From: Parvularia atlantis
Taxonomy: Eukaryota
Reading direction: 5' to 3'
Length of the DNA: 43,189 nt
NCBI GenBank assembly: GCA_943704415.1
Contig: CALSCO010001072.1
Span: 1 to 43,189, forward strand
Shown here piece after piece: positions 19,920-30,311 of this stretch. The position numbers and the translations under genes were made by a program. The number at the start of each line of letters is the position of its first letter. The first letter of the stretch is position 1. Below the pieces are notes generated by a model. That model made no database searches, had not been told where the DNA came from, and saw only the letters and a program-made list of their open reading frames with translations.

Positions 19920-21408
19920 ATGGTCAGTCGGCTCGACGCGGCGTACCGGCGGCTCCTCGTCAACGACTTCTTCGCGGGCGGGCTGGGCGCGCCCGACGTG
20001 GTGGCGCGGCTGCTGGCGCTCAAGCGCGAGATGCCGGCGCTGCTGCGCGCCGACGACGCGCCGCTGGTGGCGGGGCTGTCGGTGGCGGTCGAGGGCGTGG
20101 CCGAGCGGCGCGCCCACGTCGTCGCCCACGGCCGCTTCCTCTCGCCGCTCGCCGCGGCCGACGCGGCGCTGCTGCCGGGCGCGACGGCGACGGTGCGCTT
20201 CCAGCTGATCGTGCCGCGCGGGCGCGCGATCTCCGACGTGACGAGGACGGCGGCGACGGCACCAGCGGGATCCCCGTCGCAGCAGCAGCGCACGCCGCTC
20301 GTGCTGCACATGGGCGCGACCGGCGACCACGGCTTCTGGCGGCGGCGCGTGCTGCACGCCGTGCCGCTGGCCGAGCGCGCCGGCGTCGCGTCACTGCTGC
20401 TCGAGACGCCGCTGTACGGCGCGCGCCGCCCGCCCGGCCAGCTCCGCTCCAACCTGCGCCACGTCACCGACCTGTACCTCATGGGCCTCGCCACCGTCTT
20501 CGAGGCCGTGCCGATGCTGCACTGGCTCGAGCGCCGCGGCTTTGGCCCGCTCGGCCTCGCCGGTGCGCCGCGCCCTCGTGAACTCGCTCGACTCGATGCT
20601 AATGGCGCCACACAGGCTTCAGCGTGCGTTCCCTCCTTCCTTCCGTCCACCCTCACTCGCCTGACGCACGCGCGGCGCGCAGATGGGCGGCTACATGGCC
20701 GCCATCGTCGCCACGGTCTGGCCGCGGCCGATCGGGCTCGTCTCGTTCCTCGCGCCCTTCACGGCATCAGGTGCAACACGGCCACGAACGCTCGATCGTA
20801 CTGACGCGCACGTGGGTGCAGGCGTGTTCTGCCAGGGCCTGCTCAGCGCGAGCTGCAACTGGCGCAGGCTACGTGCCGAGGTGCGCGAGCGCTTCCCTGA
20901 CAGCCTCTCGTCGGGTGACGAAGTGGTGCGCGCCCCTGCGCCTGCTGTCACTTGCACCGGTCTTACGCGAGCAAAGGCCGCGCTGCGCCGCTGGATGGAC
21001 GAAGTCACGGCGATCCACACGTACCCGCGCCCGGCGTCCACGCGTGCTACGATCGTCTATGGCGCCAAGGACGACGGCTACGTGCCGTTTGCCGACGTAC
21101 GCGCGTTTGCGGTGCGCGCTCCCCTACGGTCTCGCGACGCGCACGCTAAAGCAGCGGGCGGGCGGGCGGGCGGGCGGCAGGAGCACTGGCCCGGCGTCGA
21201 CCTGCGCCTGCTTGACGACGGCCACGTCAGCGGCTTCCTCTTCAGCAACCGCCTGTACGTCGAAGCCGCAATCGAGTCGCTCAAGCGCCTTGGCTTTCGC
21301 ATGCCGGTCAAGGTGCGCCTGTGTGCGGTCGCGCGTGGCAGCGCCTCACGTCCGCCTCAGGACGACCACATCAGCCCGCTCTTCCCGCCGTCCAACCTCG
21401 CCGGGTGA
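19920..21408 (+). CDS. ABHD18: ABHD18 (DUF2048) alpha/beta hydrolase, 6 introns including an 8-nt microexon
   Basis: Motifs LHMGATGDHGFWRRR, LLETPLYGARRP, GPLGLAG-FS-MGG (nucleophile elbow), AKDDGYVP, HWPG and GHVS. Confidence 0.9.
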
Positions 21409-21454
21409 CTGTGGGCCGTGATCTAGTTAGCTAGTTTTTTGCACGCCTTAGGGC

Positions 21455-24400
21455 CTAGTCATCACTGCCGAGCACGCGCTTGCTGCGCTTGCTGCTGCTC
21501 ACGCGCAGCGGCTGGCTCGCAAGCACCACGGCCATATAGTCAGCGCCCTCCTTCTCGCCGTCGTCGTCGTCGTCGCTGCTGGGCTGCGCGCGTCTGCACG
21601 GGCCGTTCAGCGGCCGAGCGGTCAAGCGCGTGCGCACGTTCGCAGACACGCACTTCCTGCGCCGCAGCCGCGCCTCGACCTCGGCCTCGTCATCGTCGCT
21701 CGCCGCGATCGCAATGCCGCCGTACGCCTGCATGCCCCGGACGCCCGCTCGCTCTGCCTCCTCCTCCTCTTCCTCTTCCTCTTCCTCTTCCTCTTCCTCG
21801 TCCTCGTCCTCGTCGTCGCCCTCGTCCTCCTTGTCTTGCCCGCGCCCGGCCTCTGCGTCCACGAAGCGGTTCGTGTCCTTCTTGGCCTTGGCGGGCGCCG
21901 GCGGCGACGCGGACGTCGGCGACGACGACGACGGCGCGCCCGCGTTGGCCTGCGACAGCTGCGTCGAGCCGCTGTTCGGTGCCACGCGCCGGCTCATGCC
22001 CAGCCCGCGCCGCACGCCCGGCTTTGCCAGCGCAACGGCAGCACCCGGCGGCGCCATCGCCTTGACCAGCGCGGTCGACGTCGTTGTAGCAGGCGCGACG
22101 GGCGCTTTCCTGGCCGGGCTCGCCGCCTTGCCCGTGAGCGCGCGCAGCGTGGGCGCCGGGGCGGGCGAAGCGGGTGCAGCGACCGGCACGGTCCTTGGGC
22201 TGGCGGCCTCCTTGGCGGGTGCGCTCCTCTTGCCTGCGCGCGCCTGGCCCGGCTCCGCGGCGGGCTTGGGCTTGCGCGCCTTGGCCGGCGCCTTCGGCGG
22301 CTTGGGCGTCGTCGCGGCCTCGGCATCGCTGCCACTGTCGCCGTCGCCGACGAGCTCGGCCGTGTCCTCGCCGTCGGACAGGTCCGGCGTGATCTGCGAC
22401 GGCACCTCCTGGCCCGTGATCGAGCGGTGCTTGAGGTTGCCTGGACGAGCCGGCGTCACCCGACCACACTCACACACACGCACGCATGCATGCGTTACGC
22501 ACCGACCCAGAACGCCGCCGCGCACCCGTTCACCTCGAGCATCGCCTTGACGCGGAAGAGCAGCAGCTCAAGCGCCTTCTTCATCGCGGGCACGCACGCT
22601 GTGAGCGTCATGTCCTTCGACACCTTCGAGTGGCCGCAGACGTGCTGCGCAGCGCGAGCGTGAGCAGCGCGCACTCGGCGGACGGGGCACGCACCTGCAG
22701 CGACCGCGTCGGAATCTGCAGCGCGCGCAGCACGTCCATCACCTGCGCTTGCTTGCCGATAAAGTGCTTCTCGAGTAACGGCATGCAGTGCCGGTGGAAC
22801 GAGTCGAGGAACGTGCGGCCCTGGCGCAGCGACGCGAGCAGCACGAGGCGGTCCTGCAGCGCGCAGCAACGACAGCGTCAGGACGGGCCGGCACGACCAA
22901 TGAAGTCAGCGCGCCTGGTTGTCTTTCATAAAGTTGACGAGGCCCGCAAACACGCCGATCGCGCGCAGCATCAGCTCAAACTGCGCCGTCAGGGCCGGTG
23001 GGTCGCCGTCTGCGCCCGGGTGTCGTGAGTGCACGACAGCTGCGGGCCCCGCACGCACGCGCACCCTCGCCCTTGGCAAAGAGTGACCGCGCCATGATCG
23101 GCCCGAGCTCCTTCATCAGCACCTGCGACCGGGCGAGCACGAGGTCAGCGGCAGTCCGCGCTTCGTCGGCACGCGTGCGTACGCGGTAGTAGGCACTAAG
23201 TGTGTCCTTGCGCAGCGACGGGTACGTGGCCAGCGCCTCGGCGTCGCCCTGGGCAAACGCCGGCAGGAGCGTGCGCACAAACGTCTCGACGGCGTCGAGC
23301 GGCTGCGCGTGCCGCGTGATGTGCGACGTGAGCAGCGCGGCGACGGCGTCCGGCTGTTTGTGCGCATCGATCAGCCACGATTGAAGCCGATGCCCGCGCT
23401 GCCGCACCTTGACCGCGTCGCGCGCCGTCACGCGCTTCTTCAGCAGGCGCTCGCTGAAGCCGCTGAGCTGCCGCGCGAGCACGTCGACGTCCGGCCGCAG
23501 GTCTGCCGTGGCCGTAAGCGCGTGCAGTCGCTCGAGCCGCAGGAGCGCACCCGCAAACGCGCTCGTGAGCACGGTCAGCAGCGTCGCGAGCAGGCCGTGC
23601 AGCGTCAGCAGGGTCCGCGCAGTCGGCAGGCTCTTGGAGAAGCTGCAAAAAGCGCGTCAAGCGCAGACAACAGCGCACACAGGCGGTCGACCGCACCTGA
23701 TCAGGTACATGAACGCGTCGATCGCAAGGTTGGCGCTCGGCCGCTCGGCGGCGCCGCCCGTGGCCAGCTCGCTCGCCGTGTTGGTGCTCTGCCGCGCGAG
23801 GTGCCGCAGCAGGCTCTGCCGCACGCGTGCGCACGGTCAGGCGCTGCGCACGCACGCAAGCGGTGCGGGTGGGCACCTTGAGCAGCGGGAGGTGCTCCGT
23901 CGACGTGATCTCGGTCCACTGCAGCAGCCGCTCAAAGACGCGAAGGATCAGGTGCACACACGCGTCGCTCTTGGCATTGTCCTGCGGGCCATGGTAAGCA
24001 GGAGCCGCGAGACACGGCACCTGCGCCGCGAAAAAACGCACGTCCGTGTCAACAATGTCGCCGTCCTCGTCGGCCTGTGGTATGCGAAGCAGCGTCAGCG
24101 ACGCATGCGTCAGCGCACAGTCCGCACCTGCGCGTGCAGCCGCATCGCGTGCGCCTCGAGGTGCCCGCACAGCGCCGGCACCAGCCCGACCACGCGCGCC
24201 GCAAACTGATCCACGCGCAGCCGCGAAAGGCGCTGCGTCTGTTCCGCGGGTGCCGCCGCCGCCGTCGCCGCCGCCGAGCGGAAGGGCGTGCGCGAGGCCG
24301 CTCCTGACGCGCCGGGCAGCTTGCTGCCGAGCTTGGTCGACAGGTCCTCGAGCAGGTACTTGAGGTGACCGCTCTGCCAAGAGCGCGCGCAGCCAAGGCG

Positions 24401-27400
24401 TGAGCGGCTCAGAAGCATGGCAGCGAGCGCACACGCGCACCGCGAGCGCGATTGGCTGGCGCGGCTGGTTCCCGCCGCTCGGCTCGTAGCGGTAGAGCTT
24501 CTCGTAGCGCAGGGAAGAGAACGCGGACATCTGCGCAGCGGTGAGCACCGCACGCCAAGACCCACGCGCGCACCTCGAGCTCCTGCATCAGCGGCCGCAG
24601 CACCTCGACGGTGTACGTCTTGCCGGCCACGGCGGCGGCCGCTGCGGCCGCGGCGTCGAGAGCCGCGCCGCCATCGGGCTCGCTCGTCTGCGAGTTGTTG
24701 CGCCGCTCGTCGTCGCCCGCCGCTGGCGCCGCCGTCGCCTTTGCCTTGCCCTGCACACGGCCTATCGTCAGCGCATGACCAAGCGCGGCGGTGGAGAGGC
24801 GGACCTTGCCCTTGCTCGTCTTGGGTGCGGGCGCAAGTGCCGGCAGGGCCTGCGCCGGGTTGCCAAGCAGCGAGAAGCGCGGGTGCAGCGCGAGCAGCTC
24901 GTCCAGGAACGCTTCAAGCTGCACGAGCTGGTGCAGGCGCTCGAGCGTCTTGCCTGCGAGCGGCGCGGGTCAGTGCCACAACTGATTGTTGCGCCGACCG
25001 CACTCTTCATGTCAGCCTCGGGCTGCTCGGCAAAGGCGTTGATGACCTCGCGTAGCCTGCGCGGCACCGCGCGTCATCCTGGCGTGGCAGTTCGTGCCCA
25101 GCTGCGCGCACCAGTTGATCGCGAAGAACACGGCCGAGCACACCAGATTCTTCTGCGTCGTCGTGTAGCCGACAAAGGCCTGTGCCGCGGGCCTCAGCAC
25201 CGCCGCGTGGCTTTGCCCCCGCGCACCTTCTTGACGTCGTCGCCCATGTCAAACATGCCGAGCGGGCAGCCGAGCACGGCGTTGATCGTCTCCAGCGAGC
25301 CGCCGTTGTTGAGCAGCTCGCACGTCTGGAGCAGGCGGAAGTGCGAGCACAGGCAGACGATCGACGCCTTGCCGTCCTGCGGCGGGTCGCACAGGTACGG
25401 GTAAATGTTGACCTGTGCGCCCGCGCCGCACACCGTTAGCCACGCAAACAAGACTCACCGGCGTCCGCAAGCGCACCCAGATTGCCGACACGGCCCCGTC
25501 CAGGTTGACCATGAGCTTGGGCGGCGGCTGCGCGGTGTTGACGACCGGCAGCGCGGCAAAGGCCTCGATGTCGTTGAGGTACCTGCACCGAGCGCGCACA
25601 GGTCAGCGCGTGAGAGGAGGGGCTGCGAGCCGCGCGCACCGCTCGGCAAACTCGCTCGCAATCTGGTCGTTGATCCAGTGCACGAGGTCGCCGTCCATGT
25701 CCGGCTCGGCCACGAGGAACGACAGCTCCTCGAGCGCAAGCGAGCGGCAGCTCTGGGTGCGCGGCCGTGGGTGAGCGGAGACGCAAAAAATGCAAGGCTG
25801 CAAAAGCCGCACCGGCAGCTTGCGGCAGCTCGTCACGACCATGTGCAGGATGTTCTTAGCCTGCACGACCGAGGGCTTGAGCGCCGTGCCCTGCGACGCC
25901 GACGAGGCGGCCGTCTCTGCGCACGCGCCGTGAGTACTGCTGACTGGCCTGTGGGCAGGCGGCGGTGCACACCCATGTTCTGCTCGTTGGCCGCGCGCCG
26001 CCCGAGCGAGCGCACGGCGGCGATGCTGCCAACGACGCCGATGCGCTTGTACTTCTCGGCGCTGTTGGAGAGCTGCTTGCGGATGACGATGTGCAGCTCG
26101 TCCCAGAAGCCCTCGTTGGTCGCGCGCTGCCGTCGAAGCGCGTCAGCGTTATTTCCGGGCTGCCCCAGTGTGCGCACGGCCAGGGCCAGCGAGCTAAACA
26201 GGTTGAACAGACTGCGGATCTGCTGCAGAGTCATGTTGTCGAGGAAGTCGAGCACGCCCTGCGGCACGGCGGGCGCAGCTGAGCGTGCACAGGCTGGGCG
26301 CGTCGCCGCGCGCACCTTGATGAACACCGCGAACGGACTCACGGCGTCGGCGCACTTGTCAATCAGCTGCGCGAGCACCGCCAGCGCGGCCTCGACCTCG
26401 CTCGACTGCGCGCGCGCGTGTGTGTGTGTCAGCGTCTCGCGCCAGCAGTGCCAGCGTCCGGCGGCCGCACCACGCCCGAGCCCACGTGCGCGATCAGCGC
26501 GCCGATGACCTCCTGCGGCGGCAGCTATGATGCGCGGCGGCACAGCAGCGACGCAGCACGCCCGCGCACCTGCCGGTGGTACGCACCGTACGCCTGGAAC
26601 AGCGCAGCGTAGAGCGCGCCGCCAAAGGTCTGCACGGCTGTCTGCGGCGCGCGCAGGAACATGTCGGCCATCGCCGCGAGGCTCTTGAAGTACCTACGCG
26701 CCGCGAGGCTTGCGGGTGAGTGGCAGGCACGCGCGTGCGACAGTCCCGCACGCACTCGAGCAGCGCGCCGGCGTGCACGCGGATAATGTGGGCGACGAGC
26801 GCGCGGGTGACGTGCGCGTCGGCGATCTTGGTCACAAGGATCTTCTTGACACGCTTGCGCAGGGCCGGCGCGGCAAAGAGCACGACGAGCACGAGCACGT
26901 CGACGGCGGCGTGGTCGGCGGGCGTCGACAGCGCCGAGATCGTCTTGAGCCACTCGTCGACGACAAACTTGTGGCTGTGCAGGCCCGCGCGGAGCGCATC
27001 TGCACGCGCGCGCACGCGTGTGAGCCGTCGACCGACAAACACAGACCGGCGCACCGAGGATGAAGGCGTCGGCCAGGCGCACGGGGCCGGCCGTGGCCGC
27101 GGTCGCGAGGCGTGGCACGTGCGGCAGGAGCTGGCGCTGCGCGGCGGGCTCGACAAACGTGTCGAAGCGCAGATGACAGCGCAGCGCGACGATGATCTGC
27201 GCGACGGTCGCGGGCGTGGCCGTCTGGAGCAGGAAGCGCACGACGACGGGGAGGTCGGCCAGCTCGATGGCCGCGAGGCGGTCGAGAATGACGTCGCGGA
27301 CCTGGGCCTGCGCGGCGCGCGCGTGAGGAAGGGCACAGCGAGCTCGCACGCGCGGGCGGGGGGGCGCACCAGCAGGTGTTCGTCGAGGTTGAGGTTTGAA

Positions 27401-28283
27401 AGCGTGTCCATGATCGGCACGAGCAGCTCGACCGTGGTCGAGAGCGTGTCAACAAAGGCGTTGACGACGATCTGCCGGTGTGTGCGTGTCAAGGGGCGTG
27501 CTGCGCTGTGCTGCGTGCGGTGTGCACCTTGTGCTCGCCGTCGCCGACGATTTCGGGGATCGCGAGGATGATCTCCTTCTGTAGGCCGAGCGGGCTCACG
27601 GGCACGATCTCCATCAGACGGCTCGCGAGCTCGGCCGGCTTGGCGACAAAGTGCAGCCATCTTGTGCGCCGCTGCGGTGAGCAGACGCACACACGCACAC
27701 ACACACACGGGCACGCGCGTGCGTGGTGCGCGCACCGCAGCTGGCTCAGGAGCAGGCGAGGCATGCTGTCGTGCGTGTCGGACGCGCTGTCGTTGATGCC
27801 AAACTCGCACAGCTTCTCGAGCAGCAGCGCGATCAGCTCGGGCTGCATCGGTTCGATGCGCAGCAGCAGCCGCGTCAGGCTCTCGCTCGTCGGTCCGTTG
27901 GCGGCGGCCGTGGGCGCGGCGCCCGTCGAGGTGCGCAGCGGTACGAGCGTCGACCGCAGCACGCGCTCGTCGGCGATGGCGGCGCTGTAGCCGCGTACGG
28001 CGCGCAGGGCGATGCGTGGCACGTTCTGCGCGCGTCCGTCCGTCCGCATCAGGCGCGCGCGTCAACCACGATCTTGGCGCCATCCGCACCGCATCCATCG
28101 CGGCCAGGCAGCGCATCGCCTCGCGCTTGAACACGGCCGGCTCCATCGCTGCTTGTGCGCGTCAGGCAGGGCACACGGCGGCAGCAGCAGCGCACCGCAC
28201 ACGGCGCCCGTGCCGTCGGCGCCCACGGCCACGCCCAGCGCGTGCAGCAGCCGCGTCCAGATGGCGCCGTCGTCGTCGTCCAT
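21455..28283 (-). CDS. FANCD2: Fanconi anemia group D2 protein (~28 introns)
   Basis: Motifs PRLLLSQLRWL, LQKEIILAIPEIVGD, DLPVVVRFLL, QEVIGALIAHVGSG, FIKGVLDFLDNM, ELHIVIRKQLSN (ubiquitinated-Lys equivalent, codon 26076-26078), AINWLREVINAF, TRSLQHVCGHSK and AFWVGNLKHR. The start codon is uncertain. Confidence 0.95.
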
Positions 28284-28302
28284 CGGTGGCGCCACCGGCT
28301 TC

Positions 28303-28340
28303 TTGCGCGCCAAAAGCAAAGTGACGCCTATCCCGCAAAA
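28303..28340 (-). promoter_or_regulatory. E2F-type sites upstream of FANCD2 (TTTTGGCGCGCAA at 28303-28315; TTTTGCGGGA at 28331-28340)
   Basis: The first matches TTTSSCGC and lies ~20 bp upstream of the predicted ATG. The second is a weaker variant. Confidence 0.55.
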
Positions 28341-28533
28341 CCTGAGCTCACGCCATACTGCAGAGAAGTTTTCGGGGCGTGCGAGACGGGCGGCGGGTGT
28401 GGACGCGGAGTGGGGAATGCGGCGCCGCGTTTGCGTGCTGCGCGCCCTTCTGCCTGCTCACTGGCGCCCTGCACGCGCGGCCCCCCCTCGCAGCATCGTC
28501 GCCAGATCGCCGTGCCGCCGCGCCGCCGAGACG

Positions 28534-28892
28534 ATGGCCGATGCGGTGCAGGACGACGACGATCTGGTGCGGGCGGCGCGTTGCTTGCGGCGGTCGGCGG
28601 TCGCGTGACCCGTGCGCGTATCGTGGCCGTGCAGCAAGCGATGCTCCAGGGCATGAGCCTTACGCCCGCCAAGCCGCGCGGCTCGGCGACGCCCGCCGCG
28701 ACGCCCGCGAGCGCCGCGGCTGGCGGCAGCAGGAAAGGCGCGTCTTTGCGCGCATCGGTCAGACATCTCGCTGATGTCGCGTTGACACAGGGACTGCGGC
28801 CGCGCCGCTGATCGACATCGTCGATACCGACGACGGCCACGACGCCCTGGCGGCACCCGCCACGTCCGCGCGCGCCAAGCCGACGGCGGTGC

Positions 28893-28937
<45 letters not shown>

Positions 28938-30197
28938 CAGCAACGAGCACAGTCACGATCAAGGGCGTCAAGGCCGTCGGGCTCTCGACGTCGCCCGTGC
29001 CCACGCCGGCCATCGAGCAGGCGCACGGCGCGGCGGCGGGCGACGCCGACGAGGAGATCTTTGGCAAGTACGACAAGGTCAAGAAGGTGTTGAAGGCGCG
29101 CACGTCCAACAACACGTCGCCCGTGCCCGTGCACCGCGTTCTCGGCGGCGACGCGGACAGTAACGGCAGCGGCACGGCCAACGGAGGTGGTGGTGGCGAG
29201 GGCGCGTCGATTCGCACGAGCGCCTCGTCCGTCTCGCTCTCGCACGAGGCCGAGGCGCCCGCGGCACCGGTCAACGCCGTGGAGACTGCGCCCGTCGCGC
29301 CCGTCGCGCCTGTCGCGCCCGTCGCGCCCGTCGCACCCGTCGCGCCCGTCGCAGACAGCGCCGAGGCCGAGGCACCAGGCGCGCCCGCGAGCACAGAGCC
29401 ACCTGCACCCGCACTCGCACCCGCTCCAAGCGCACCCGCACCAAGCGCACCCGCACCCGCGCCCGTCAAGGCCAAGACGCCGGCCGCGCCGCCCAAGGAA
29501 GAAGACGACATCTTTGGCTCGTTCGCGTCGACCGCGCCCAAGCAGCCCAAGGCGCCTGTGGCACGCAAGTCGACCGCGACGTCAAGCTCGGCTGGCACGT
29601 CGCGCACCAGCTCGCCACCGCCGCCCGCCGCACTGCCACCACCCGCCGCCGTTGAGCCGGTCGAGCGCCCGTTCTCGCCGCCAAGCGCCGCGGTCAAGGC
29701 GGTGCCGGCGCCGATCGCCGTGAGCCAGCTGCCGCCGCGCGAGGTCGTGAGTGAGATGACGCACGGTACCAACGGCGCGAACGGCGCCAACGGCTCGGTC
29801 GAGCACGACGCCAAGTATGGCAGCATGCAGGAGATCGTGCTGCGGCAGGCCGAGCTGCGCGGGTCACTCGAGGCGCTCGAGCACACGCTGTCGGGTCCGC
29901 GCGTGCACGCACGCCGCGAACGCCTCGAGTACCACTGACCCGCGCCGCGTAGCATCGGGCGCCGACCCGTCTGTGGTGCAGAAGAGCGAGCGCGAGCTGC
30001 TGATCGAGTGGAACGCACTTATGAAGGCCAAGGACCGCCTGCTGCGGCTCGAGGTGAGCCACCGCAAGCAGCAGAAGCGGGCCGCGCGGGCCGCGGCAGC
30101 GCCCGGCAGCAGCCTGCAGGACGGCGAGGGCGTGAGTGGCACTGGCGAGGGCGACGGCTCCGGGGGCGCGCAGGACGAGAAATGCTCAGTCATGTGA
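28534..30197 (+). CDS. Pro/Ala/Ser-rich protein with a C-terminal bMERB-like helical hairpin and CAAX box (EHBP1/MICAL-like C-terminus; 3 introns)
   Basis: Spliced C-terminus QEIVLRQAELRGSLEALEHTLS..ERELLIEWNALMKAKDRLLRLE, ending EKCSVM*. Internal poly-Ser (AGC)n at ~28895-28936 and (VAP)6 at ~29294-29352. Confidence 0.7.
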
Positions 30198-30311
30198 AAG
30201 AGAACGTGGCCAGCGTGTGTTCTCCTGCGCCTGCTGCAACACGTCTTGTGTCATTTCAAAGTCTGCATGCGCCCCTCAAAAAAAGCAAACGAAAACAAGA
30301 CACCGCCCGAG

